Source: Callorhinchus milii
Taxonomy: Eukaryota
DNA length: 64,000 nucleotides
Assembly: GCF_018977255.1 (NCBI RefSeq)
Contig: NW_024704743.1
Coordinates: 41,478,001-41,542,000 of the forward strand
Direction: 5' to 3'
The notes below the pieces were generated by a model. It had not been told where the DNA came from, made no database searches, and was given only the letters and a program-made list of their open reading frames with translations. The number at the start of each line of letters is the position of its first letter. Position 1 is the first letter of the stretch. Both the position numbers and the translations under genes were made by a program. Below are positions 13,801 through 25,309 of this stretch, one piece after another.

Positions 13801-14157
13801 GAACTTGAACTGAAGAAAATAAACATGTGTGTTTGAAATTTTCTGCCTTTGGAATTTGTGCTAATTGTGTGATTCAATAACAAATTCACGAAGAAATTTG
13901 TGAAAACATTGTAATCCGGAACATTGGTAAAGCAGCCAATGTTTAACCTTGTGTTAGATATTTCATTCCTATACTGGTTGAGAAACAACACAAAGCATAA
14001 TGTTAGGCCCAACTGCAACTTCCAGTTTGAAAAAGTCACTTGATAGAAAATATTGTATACTTTTGTTGGGAGACTGTTATAACATCATTCAGCTAGGTAG
14101 GAAATACTAATGGTTCTTCATGTGTGAGGCTTGGTCAGGAGTGTCAATAGATTATTA

Positions 14158-14470
14158 AACAACAACAACTTACATTTCTACAGCACTTTTTACGTCGGGA
14201 GGACAGTCAGGGATTTGGACCTGAGCAGGGAGTTGGGATCAAGGGGGTGGAGGGTAAGGCGGGTAGGGGCAGGAGGGTGACTGAAGGCGCAGTCGAAGAG
14301 CAGGGTCTTGGGATATGCCTTGAAGGAGGCAAGGAAGGAGCAAGTTTAAGGGATTGTGGGATGAAGTTCTAAAAGGTGTGGGCAGAGAGGCTGAAGGCCC
14401 GACCACCAATGGTGAGGCAGGGAGGGCGGGGGACGTGGAGCCGAGGGAGCTGACAGGTCGATACTCTACC
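14158..14470 (-). mobile_element. L2 3' fragment
   Basis: (CAA)n tail, acgtcgggagga hairpin and G-rich 3' UTR similar to 6500-6800. Confidence 0.8.
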
Positions 14471-14749
14471 TTGAAATGACATACCAAGTGACACAGTTAC
14501 CCACTGATATATTGGGGGGGGGAGTGAGGTGTTCTCAGATATCTTTTGTTTTGCTGATACCACTTAATCCTACAGCAACATGCACAATCAAATCATTATT
14601 TTAAGGGATTGCTATATAGTGCTGCTAAAACGTTTCTAAGGTTTACCAATCAATGGAAATGTCTTTAGATGCAAGATCACTGCAACATTTATAATCTTCC
14701 TTACTGGTGTGTTAGATAACAATCAGCTACTCTATGATCCAAATCTTTT

Positions 14750-15016
14750 TAACATAACATAACATGTAGGAGCAGGAGTAGGCCATTCAGCCCTTCGAGC
14801 CTGCCCCGCCATTCAATCATGGCTGATCTTCTAATCTAACTCCAGTTAATAACCTAAGCCTGCCTTATCCCCATATCCCTTAATCCCTTTTGCAATACGA
14901 AATCTATCAATCTCAGTCTTCAATATATTCAAGGACTGAGCGTCAGCAGCCCTTTGGGGTCGTGAGGTCTATACATTCACCACCCTTTGAGTGAAGAAGT
15001 TCTTCCTCAACTCAGT
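14750..15016 (-). mobile_element. CR1 LINE 3' fragment
   Basis: gagcaggagtaggccattcagcccttcgagcctgccccgccattc; same family as 16309-16860. Confidence 0.85.
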
Positions 15017-15379
15017 GAGAAACTGGAAGTTGCAGTTGGGCCTGATATTATGCTTTGAACGTGTCATTGACAGCTGTATCCAGTGCAAATAATGAGGACC
15101 TCTGTCTGTGCTTTTAGTAATGCTAGGCTATAATTCATGAAACATCCCATGAAATATGCAATGAATCCACTTTACAATATCACAAAAACACATCACATTT
15201 GTATGGCGCCTTTCACAGCAGAAGTATCCCCTGTGAAGTACTTGAGATGTCTTAACATAATAAGGCGCTATATCAAATGCAAGGATTCTTATTTTGTTAC
15301 AGTTGTCCTTGGCTGCACTCTGTTTTGATATACAAAATACATCCACCATCAATAAATGTATAGTTCTTAGAAGACTAGC

Positions 15380-16145
15380 ACATCTGATTCAGCCTGGTTC
15401 TCTAATCCATCTTCTGCTTAATTGCCCGGAAAACGCATTATATGAATGAATGAAAGTACTGAGGCTCCATCCATGCCTCAATAATCTTGACCATTATTTT
15501 ACTGTTCTGATGTGCCTTGCATTAAATGATTACTGAATCTGGTGCTAGGTTATACGGGTTTAAAAATTGGATGTTCGTCAGGTGGTGTTTATGGTGAATT
15601 CAAAATTGTAAGTGTTGAGTATTGTCAGACATTATATCATTCAAAATTCTTCACATTCGCTGGGACCTGCTATAAAATCACTTTTGTAGCTATTTATTTG
15701 CACTAACTAAAGATTGTAATTAACAGTTGTGTAAACAATCAATACCTATTCAAGTATCTCACTCTTAAATTAAAAAATAAGCTATTGAGAATAAAGTAAA
15801 TGTTGGAACATTGACTTCTAAATTCTGTGTTCGATACTTTTCAAGGGATAGTCAGGAACACAATTTCTAAAGCTTGATATCACATAAACAATTTAGGGAA
15901 GAAAGACACTCCACTGCATGTAGCAGTAACACTCAAATCTTTACTTAATGCATGGCAGACCAGAACTGTGAAACAATGGTCAAGATTACAGGGAATGCAT
16001 GGATTCTCAGTACTTTCATCCATTTACTCATTTTAGCACATGATGCGCTCTCTGGGTACTTAAGCATAAAGCTGGATTAAAGTGCATGTTTTGTGAAGCA
16101 GAATGCATTCATTCTCCCTGACTTTCCTATTGACCAAGAAAGGTC
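15380..16145. repeat. Degenerate inverted repeat (arms ~15400-15550 and ~15915-16080)
   Basis: atgaaagtactgaggctccatccatgcctcaataatcttgaccattattttactgttctg (15450-) matches the reverse complement of 15960-16019 (atgaaagtactgagaatccatgcattccctgtaatcttgaccattgtttcacagttctg). Confidence 0.8.
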
Positions 16146-16308
16146 CAGGCACATGATAATATTTTTTTCGTTCTCGCTCAGAAAGAACTTTTGTAGATGT
16201 CAATTGAGGTGAATATGACTTAGGTTTATAATAGCTATGATTTCAACAATACGTCAAAGACAGACTTCAGCTATTTTATGGAATGTTACATTTCTATCTG
16301 GAGAAGAC

Positions 16309-16860
16309 TTAGAACATAAGCAGCAGGAGTAGGCCATTCGGCCCCTCGAGCCTGCCCCGCCATTCGATAAGATCATGGCTGATCTTCAGACCTAACTCTA
16401 ATTACCTGCCCCCATTACCCCCATATCCCCTAATCCCTCTATTTTTTAAAAATCTATCAGTCTCAGCCTTGAAGATGTTCCAGGACTGAACATCTACAGC
16501 CTTCTGGGGTAGTGAATTCCCTAAATTCACTACCCTCTGAGTGAAGAAATGTTTCCTCAACTCTGTTCTAAAAGGCTGACCCTTAATTTTAAGACTGTGA
16601 CCCCTGGTTATAGATTCTCCTACCAGGAGAAACAGTCCCTCAGTGTCTACTGTATCCAGCCCTTTAAGAATCTTATATGTTTCAATAAGATCTCCCCTAA
16701 TTCTTCTGTACTCTAGAGAATATAGCCCTAGTTTATTCAGCCTATCCTCATAGGTCAGTCCCCTCATTCCAGGAACTAACCTAGTGAATCTACGCTGCAA
16801 CCCCTCTAGGGCAAGTATGTCCTTTTTTTAAATAAGGAGACCAAAACTGCACACAATACC
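16309..16860 (-). mobile_element. CR1 LINE 3' fragment (ORF2 C-terminus open at 16402-16800)
   Basis: QRRFTRLVPGMRGLTYEDRLNKLGLYSLEYRRIRGDLIETYKIL...TRGHSLK...FFTQRVVN is the canonical CR1 ORF2 C-terminus; CR1 3' UTR present. Confidence 0.95.
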
Positions 16861-17184
16861 TCACAGGGTAGCTATAACAAAATTATATTGCTGAATCATT
16901 ACAACAGCAAATTGTATATCACTCCTTTCATATAAAGGAATGGCTCAGTAGAATCATTCAACATGAAAATGAAAATGCATTTGAGTAGTAAAAACATTAA
17001 ACTATACAAAAAAGAAATCTGTAAAGTGGAATAAATAATGCATAAAAGGATGATTAAGAAAATTACACAACAGTACAGAGTCTTGGATCAAAAGGTTCCC
17101 TTCTGTGCAGAAAATTTCAGTTTCCAAAACAGATTTCTGTTTGCCGAACATTTCTGTTGCTGTATTTCAAAGCACTTGACAAAT

Positions 17185-17295
17185 CTACAACTTGCATTCA
17201 TATAGCGCCCCTCGTGCAGGTTAGCGTCCCAGAGCGCTTCACAGTGACAACGACAACGAGTCTGACAGGGAGAGTGAGGGGGGAGGTGAACGTAA
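17185..17295 (-). mobile_element. Short L2-type 3' tail insertion (gaggggcgct type)
   Basis: caacttgcattcatatagcgcccctcgtgcaggttagcgtcccagagcgctt; same tail type as 60578-60634. Confidence 0.65.
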
Positions 17296-19074
17296 GCACA
17301 ATCAAAATTTTGGACACCAAGTGGAGACTACACGGTTTAAAGATGTTGAGCAAATGCACAATCAATGAGATATTTCTAGGTTTTTGAAAGCAGGATGAGA
17401 AGCAGAGTGTCCAACTTTGGGACATGAACTTACGCTCCAAGCAGATTCTCCATCACATTGCTGGGGAGTGCTCATTGCCGGAGGTGGTACCATTGGATAA
17501 GACTTGAAAACCAACGTTCCAGAAGGATCTGGTGTCCTGGATAACAACCCTAGCTGAAAAATGATCATTCATTTTGTGCCTGCTTTGTGGAGGGAGAAAA
17601 TCAGGGACAATGAACGCATTCTGCTTCACAAAACATTGGTGTGTGCAAATTGGTTTCTGGATTTGAAAATACAGTCACTAAACTTTACAGCAGATCCCAT
17701 GAAGTGCTTTGAGAATCCGTGATGTACTTTTGAGATTTCCTCCCAATGTGAAAGGTACTATATCAACTGTAAGGATAACTATTTATTTATTTAAGCCTAT
17801 TTATTTTGGTCTGTGTAGCTTAAATCACAAGAAAGGTGTGAATGAAGATGACCCTTTGACCTGTTCGATCTCATCCTTCAAAATGCACTGTTGATAGCAC
17901 TGCTGAAAGTGCCATTACATATCTTTTGTCTTGAATGTAATTCCGAACTGCCAGCTATGCTCTGTGTTTATAAACTCTAATCAAATTCATGGTTGGTGGT
18001 GAGATACCTAACTGATTTGGGGTGTGGGGAGGTATGAGTTGCTTTGATGTACTCTGCTGGATTCAGTATCATCTCTACACAAAGAATGAATGATGTCGTG
18101 GGAAGAGGCAAAGAACATTTACTGTGCAAAGCGTACACATTTTGCCTACTACTCTGTTATCTATAACATTTCACATCATTCTGAATCAGACATGAAAAAG
18201 ATGGATTTGTTTCTATATAATTTTATTAATATAAAAGAACTATCATTTAAAACAACCCAGACAAAGCTGTTTCATCCTACATCTTTCCCAGCTTAGATAC
18301 TGTAACATTTAACAATTAAATAAATGAAAGTAATTCACTAAAGGCCCAATTAATGTAATGGAATGTAATGGTGCTATTCATCTGATTGAAGGTCAGTATT
18401 GTGTCCTACTTATTGCAGTGAGACACCGAGGTTTACAATGAAGGCACGACACACAACATGATTATTGCAGTCACTGCCAAGAAACATTCAAAATATAATT
18501 AACAGCACACATAACCAAAGGTGGCAGAAGATAACACAACATGGAAAAAACATTCCTGTAACGCGTTCTCTCAAAACAATCATAGACTAATTGCATAATT
18601 AATAAAATCTTACATAGTGCACATCTGCTAAATATCTGCTGCCCACAAAGCACCAAATAAGTTTGTTTACAGTTATTATCCAAAGGAAAATGAAATAATT
18701 TTTCAACATTGCTTAGAAAGTGCCATCAATCTGTGTTCAAGAAAATGTTCAAGGGCATCATACAGGGTGGTATCTGGGAACATTCAAACTGTACAGATAC
18801 TATAAAGAATAAGGGGATTTAGGAGCAATATATCATTTGATAGTGGTGGAGAGGGTGGTAGAAACACCAAAGCATAGTTCATTGAAACAATATTTAGTCT
18901 GTTGGGAAGGAGATGCATGCCTTTGTCATCAAGTAGTGATCATAATAATTACTTGCATTTATGTAGCACCTTTCACATTAAGAATAAATGTCTTGAAGGC
19001 TTTGCAAAATATGTAGATTGCATAGAAAACAAGTGAAGGTTGTTACTTTGGCCAAAGCAACAGTTAATCTGCAT

Positions 19075-19310
19075 CAATAACAAATTGCATTTATATATTA
19101 CCCTGATGCAGGGTAGCGTCTCATAGCGTTTGACAGTGGTGGAGCACGACGCGCAGCCGGAGGGAGAGTGACGTGACCATAGGCAAGGTCGAATAGGAAG
19201 GTTTTCAGGAGCGACCTGAAGATGGGGAAGGAAGGGACAAGGCGGAGGGATAGTGGAAGAGTGTTCTAGAGTTTTGGAGCATAGTGGCTGGAAGCACGAC
19301 CATCAACGGT
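19075..19310 (-). mobile_element. L2 3' fragment
   Basis: Degenerate tail plus purine-rich reverse complement of the L2 ORF2 end and 3' UTR. Confidence 0.6.
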
Positions 19311-20664
19311 GGAAAAGAAACCAACCAGATTTGTGTCCAATTCATTTCAATTTGAGGGAAAATTTGGATTCGGAGAGAAATAAAAACCAGGTTATTTTAT
19401 TAGGTTACCCAGAAGATCAGAGTCACAATAAAATCAAACTGAATGGTAGATTTTGATTTTATAGTAAAGATGCAAGGATCTACAAACGGTTTTAATGTTA
19501 TTTGGGTTGTTTCATTGGAGTTCGGCTTCTACAAATTCTTATTGTAGCGCCAGTGGGAGATTAGACAGTAACTTCTTTAAGTGTTCTTTGAATATTATTT
19601 TAAAACCATAGTGGAGATTTGTTTCACAGCATCGCTTCCCAGTAAGTTTATTCAGGATGCTGTTCATTTCTCATTGAGAGTGCTGTGGCCATTTTGACAG
19701 CACTATAACACATGACCTGGATAAGCGTGGAGGGCGCTACATAAATCCAAGTTGTTGTTATTGTTGTTATAAGAAAGCTTTATCATAGTTCACTATCACA
19801 ATTCGCATTGCAGGGTCAAATGCCCATTGATCTATGAGGAAAGAATGATGTTGTTTCACAGGAATGTCTAACGTATCTGTCTTGTATAGTGGCATGTTTC
19901 ATTGAAGTGAACACTGCTTGCACCTAGAGTGCCTTTGGCCACTGTGGGTTCCTTCTCTCGCCTCTGGAGAGGTAGAGGAACAAATATTCAGTGGTCTGTA
20001 AACTGCTGTCGGCCTTGTGAAAGGATCTGTGAAAATAATGCTCGTCAGTGATACAGCTACTGAAACACCTTTCCCTATTTCTGATAGCACTACCTTCCTT
20101 AGGGAAATTGTCAGATACGATCTATTTAATGGATCGTAGGAGTCATGTACAATTTTGCAGATATTTGTGCTGCATTTTACATACCTCCTTTGGGAGATTC
20201 TGACAAGCATTTGTTTGAAAGTGTAAAGTTCCAGCAAGCATTGAATGTTTACCCCTCATCCACTCCCCCTCTTTTGAGGCCTTTCATATTGCAAAGAACT
20301 GCAACCATATTCTGTCACCTTCACTGGAAGCACATTGTCTTGGTAGCGATATGCATTTTAGTGTAAATCAGGCTCCCTCTAGAACTCCACAGTGACAACC
20401 ATAATTCATTGTCAGCTCTGTGAGATACTGTCTTGATTCAGTCAGTAATGTCATGTCAAGAACAAAGAGAAAAACAATGCGATTCACTGCAGATACATAT
20501 TCTGATTCAGTTATAAACAAAAAAATGAAAGTTAAAAAAACACGATTCTCTTATTTCAATCGTGCGTTTCAAGCCGTACTTCTTTGATTGCACTTTTAGT
20601 CATCCTTCCCTTCTCCAAACCCTTTGACTTCCACCCACAGCTCAGGTGCCTAGCCAGCAGTGTT

Positions 20665-20930
20665 GAGTGCTTTGGAATGTCCTCCATGCTGTACTGTTGG
20701 ATGTGCTGTCTTATGGATGAAACATTAAAACCAAGTCTGCCTGTTCAAGGGGACGTTAAAGATTCCATGGCACATTTGAAAAGAGAAGGGAGTTTCTCCT
20801 GGTGTACTGGCCAACTGACTCCCAAATAAAAATAGTTCATTCCCTTCATACCTGTTTGTGGGACATTGTTGTGCTCAAATTGGCTGTCACGTTTGCCCTC
20901 AAATACACAGTCACTGCACTTTACAGTCTC
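20665..20930 (+). mobile_element. Deu-domain SINE fragment
   Basis: ggatgaaacattaaaacc...ggacgttaaagattccatggcac...gggagtttctcctggtgtactggcc...tgtttgtgggacattgttgtgc. Confidence 0.75.
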
Positions 20931-21872
20931 CAGTTTGATAATGAGGGTTTCATGAGGCACCAGGTTGAAACCTTCTAGAAACCAATGACGCAATGAACGT
21001 GAATTTCCCCTTAACTTTACGATGTTACGCAATCTCATACAAAACCAAAACTGCACATTCCTGCAATGTAGCTGTGAGCATTGTTGGCTACTGGTGGCAT
21101 ACATTGGAAGAGTAATCCAGTTCTCAGTGTCTGGGCTGAAGCCTTCTTTTACCCTGTTTCCAGGCTGAAATAAAAAAGTAACTTTAGGAGAGGTGCCACC
21201 TGTCCACCTGACCTAATGTACAGTACAGCCACAAGATTAACTGCAGTAATTAGACTAGCTTGGCTTTCATGTTTAGAGTTTGTTGCAAGAGGGAAATAGT
21301 TCAGGAAGATAGGTTCAGGCTCTATTCACTTGCACATTTTGTTCCCATGGCAACGTGCAACTTTTTAGTTCCATTCTTTTAAACTGCATTTTCTGATTAT
21401 CAATTTGCAGTAATCAATTATTAATGTAGTTATTAAGGTAGAATCACGAATACATCGCCCATAAAAGCTATCAGTTCACTCACATCTGCACTGTGTGTCA
21501 GCTCTTGCACATATATGTTGTAAACAAGAAATGTTGCAATGTATCTCCACCAAAGCAGCAGAAGAGTCCACAATTGAGAGTAAGATAGTGTGGAGTTTTA
21601 ATGAAGCAAATAATATTCAATTGTCTAACATTTACCAAACACCTTATATATACTGTATGACTGAACAAATGGTCTACAGCTTCACCATAATGATATACTA
21701 AACCAAAGTCTTGTTTGCCTTTTCAAGCGTTAAAAGAACCCAAGTCAGTTTTATAAAAAAGATTTTTCCAGGTCTCCTGGCCAGCAATCCCCCAATCACA
21801 ATTGGTTTGATTCATGATGTTTTTGGGACATTGCTGTGTGCCAGTTGGCTACCACATTCATCTATAAATGCA

Positions 21873-22460
21873 TTTTTTTTGATTAGCCGGGTGATTGACA
21901 CATGTAGAAACCCATCACAATGCTTAAGACTTTCCAAACCAGACTGAGTTCCATGCATCCCACCTACACACGGAAATTTCAGCGATGTTTATTGGAATGG
22001 AATGCACATTCTCTTCCTGGAGGGATGCATTCTACTTACATAATTCCAGAAAGTATAAGGCCCTGGTTTGCAAGAGCTAAGGCTTGGGGACTCCAGACTG
22101 TGTGTTGGGGTACTACTGGAGTATAACCAGCTAAAACCGCTTAGCTTGCCATTGAAGCTTCCTGTTGCTCGTCCAGCTAAGCCCATCCTACCCGTTATGG
22201 CTTTGGCTTGCAGGGTTAATGGGAGCTGAGTGGGATAACTCCCTGCCCCAAGTGGCTGGTCTGCCCTTCCAAGTCCTGCCAATGAACCAGACTGGCTGTA
22301 CTGTCATCAGCAGTACTCTGGAATACTGTTTCAAGGATCAGACTACTGAGACCTCCACAGAGGGTTAGCTTCATTCTGACATTCCATTGGCAAACATGTC
22401 ACCTTGGAGCCAGTTCAACTCTAAGGAGACCCCACTTACACCCCCGCTTCCCTCAAGGAG
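21873..22460 (-). mobile_element. Unclassified A-tailed interspersed repeat, copy 1 (inside a Deu-SINE remnant at ~21760-21870 / 22462-22570)
   Basis: Colinear with the reverse complement of 58830-59271; T8 at 21873-21880 marks the shared end. Confidence 0.7.
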
Positions 22461-23877
22461 GATACAAAATACACAATACTAGACTTTTGAGTAAATCCTG
22501 TGATGTGCTTGGAGACATCCTCCCAATATAAAAGGTGCTATAACAACTGCAAAATATATTATCATTATAATCAGCCAATTCATGTTAAACGCACGTAGGA
22601 TGTCCCCATGTAGCATAACAACTTTTGAGTGCTGAATTTGAATATTTGGCATGAATAAATTGAAAAATGATTGTAATCTGAGGTTCACCAAGAGATTCAC
22701 TCGGTACTCTTCTATTCCATGTTAGATTGTTTTCAAATAAAGAAGTCGTGCAGTTTCACACAGTCTGATTCGACTCATGGAAAATCCTCCTGTCTTACAT
22801 TCACACTCCAACCCTCCACCACCACCATCACAGCACTATATCCATTACTCTGCTCTAATCTTGATGGAAACTTTAATATTCTTCCATCAGTGTTATTGTA
22901 CACAGTTATTTAAAGGAACATTCCAGACACCTAAGGATGAACTTCCTCTTGCTCAAAGTGTAATAAGGTTGAGGAAATGTCTTTGAGATGGAAAATATAG
23001 AAGTCCAAATTTACCCTTAGAGCAAGAGACATTTCTTGCCCTCATGCTTTATTTGGGTCCGAAATGCTGGAGTCACAACCTAGATTTGCAGGTTAATAAC
23101 TGGGTGTGGTCCACACTGACCAGATGGAACTCTTCTCTGAAGTGCCATTCTGCATGCAGCAGGGTATTTTTGCAGGTTGGCATGATATAACAAACAGCTT
23201 TCAATATTTAGGAATCCTCTGGGAATCAGCGTTGAAACTGCAGCATTTTTTTTCACAATCGTGCATCAGTTAATGTTGACGTTAGAGCAATAGTTCACAG
23301 AAACAAGCTTAATACAGTACTCCCCAAGCCTTTCACTTTCTCCACACTAGCAGAGAAAATCATTTTGAGGTAAAAAAATAAACACCCCAACAGGAGCAGA
23401 TTACAGCTGCTGTGTTCGGATTGTTCAGGGACACAAATTAAAAAGTAATGAATGAGAGATTTGCCAAACTAAATGTAATTTGTTTACAAATTAAACATTA
23501 TGTACAGATGTTCCCATTGGTGCAATACAATACGGTGTTTATGCCAGCATACACAGATTGCTTTGTCTAGGCTCCAGAGCTAAAGGAGTGATTCTTTCAG
23601 TAACAATGATTGTGTTATTTTGCACCACCCTGCCAGTAACTGTGTAAAGCTGGCAAAGTGGATACTCAGAGGGATGGGGGGGCGTTCACTTAGCTGGCAA
23701 TAGGCTAGATGCTGTTTGAAACTAGGTCACTGGATATCTCCTTGGAAAGTTGCTCAACAATTCTGGGTTGGCATTTGCTGTCCGTCATATCAATTCAATA
23801 TTGAAGTTGACAGACCAAATCTTAAAGTAATGTAAGTTGACTTGTTTCCCAAAAGGCAGTACTCTAGGAAAATATAC

Positions 23878-24134
23878 NNNNNNNNNNNNNNNNNNNNNNN
23901 NNNNNNNNNNNNNNNNNNNNNNNNNNNNNNNNNNNNNNNNNNNNNNNNNNNNNNNNNNNNNNNNNNNNNNNNNNNNNNNNNNNNNNNNNNNNNNNNNNNN
24001 NNNNNNNNNNNNNNNNNNNNNNNNNNNNNNNNNNNNNNNNNNNNNNNNNNNNNNNNNNNNNNNNNNNNNNNNNNNNNNNNNNNNNNNNNNNNNNNNNNNN
24101 NNNNNNNNNNNNNNNNNNNNNNNNNNNNNNNNNN
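23878..24134. other. Assembly gap (257 N)
   Basis: Run of N. Confidence 1.
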
Positions 24135-24954
24135 CAGTCAGTGAAGTTTTTTTCTTTAGAATGTGAATATCTTGAAATTATAGGCACAAAAGTAGGATAC
24201 AGATTTGATTGAAATGAAATTCATAACATGTCCAGTAAATAAGCAATAAAAGCGCAGTAAAATAATAAGAAGCAGACAGGCAAAGCAATCTACTTCATGC
24301 GGATGTGATCTAATATAAAAAATATAATTGGAGTTTCTAGATTAGTACTAGAAGGAATTATAGAAATATTTATATGATGTTTCTCAACAGTTCTATTTTT
24401 GCGTTATAGAATATGGTAATAACCTTTTAAATCTATTTCTGAAGATTATCCATTGGTGTGAACCCACTTCCCCAACATTGGTACAATTGTTTGACCCAAA
24501 TCCAAGATTCACAGTGCTGGTGTCTTATTTTTTGACTTGTAGCCATGATTGTTATTCTTAACCCTGGAGTCTGGGTTTTCACTTCTGATTGACAGAAAAC
24601 CCAAGTTGATTTACACTTTTGCAAATGTTCCCAAAGATTTCAGCAAGGCCTCTCCTGTCATTTGTGAGCTCAGAAAACTGCCTTTCCCGCCTAATTCATA
24701 GTACTCATATTGTGTATCCCATGAACAAGTTTGCTGCTCAAAAAATATCCTGTGAAGTAGTTTGAGGCAGCCCAATAAAGCGATAAGTCACAATATCAAA
24801 TTCTGGTATTGCTATTACTATTATCATTAATAATAAATAATTTCCTTATGTAAGGACCATAATATATTTCAAATTATGACAATTTTGAACCGATTAAGAT
24901 TGAGAGGCCTCCAGCCTAGTTAAAGGCAGCACGCAGAGTGAAATAGTCCAATAT

Positions 24955-25309
24955 AAAAATAAAATAGTCCTTGCATTTGATATAGAGCCTTATCATGTCT
25001 TCGAGATCACACAAAGTGCTTCATAGAATATACTGTACAGTGAATTGACTGTATATTTTGTGGGCAAAACACAGGCGGCCAATTGCTCACAGCAGTGTCG
25101 CACAAACAGTCATGAATTGAACACTTTATTATTATTTTTTGAATGAATTACTACCCCCAGAAAAGCGATTCCCCAGCGACTAACAACCAGGTTCCTATTT
25201 ACTGCTAGGTAAATAGAGGTGTGTGGAGTAAGGAAACTTGGCCCAGAATTGAACGCAGGTCTCTCGCTTGCAAGATAAATGCTCTAACCACTGGGCTACA
25301 GGACTCCAC
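24955..25309 (-). mobile_element. tRNA-Ala-derived SINE, long form (extra central module)
   Basis: Same head and tail as the short form plus cctctatttacctagcagtaaataggaacctggttgttagtcg...cgcttttctgggg. Confidence 0.9.

Noticed and set aside
13920-13943. Small hairpin aacattgg-N8-ccaatgtt
   Set aside because: An 8-bp stem is expected by chance and is too short for a pre-miRNA.
19899-20237. 112-aa minus-strand ORF in unique sequence
   Set aside because: No recognisable domain or convincing splice context; the length is within chance expectation.
20745-21164. Minus-strand open frame with a vaguely Kelch-like FSPDTENWITLPM
   Set aside because: It lacks the GG and other Kelch residues and runs into Deu-SINE sequence.
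22355-22375. CTAACCCT on the minus strand in a ~590-bp element, suggesting telomerase RNA
   Set aside because: No recognisable pseudoknot, CR4/5 or H/ACA motifs on that strand; an 8-mer match is expected by chance.
23837-24187. Three long ORFs in the ORF track
   Set aside because: They are artefacts of the N gap.
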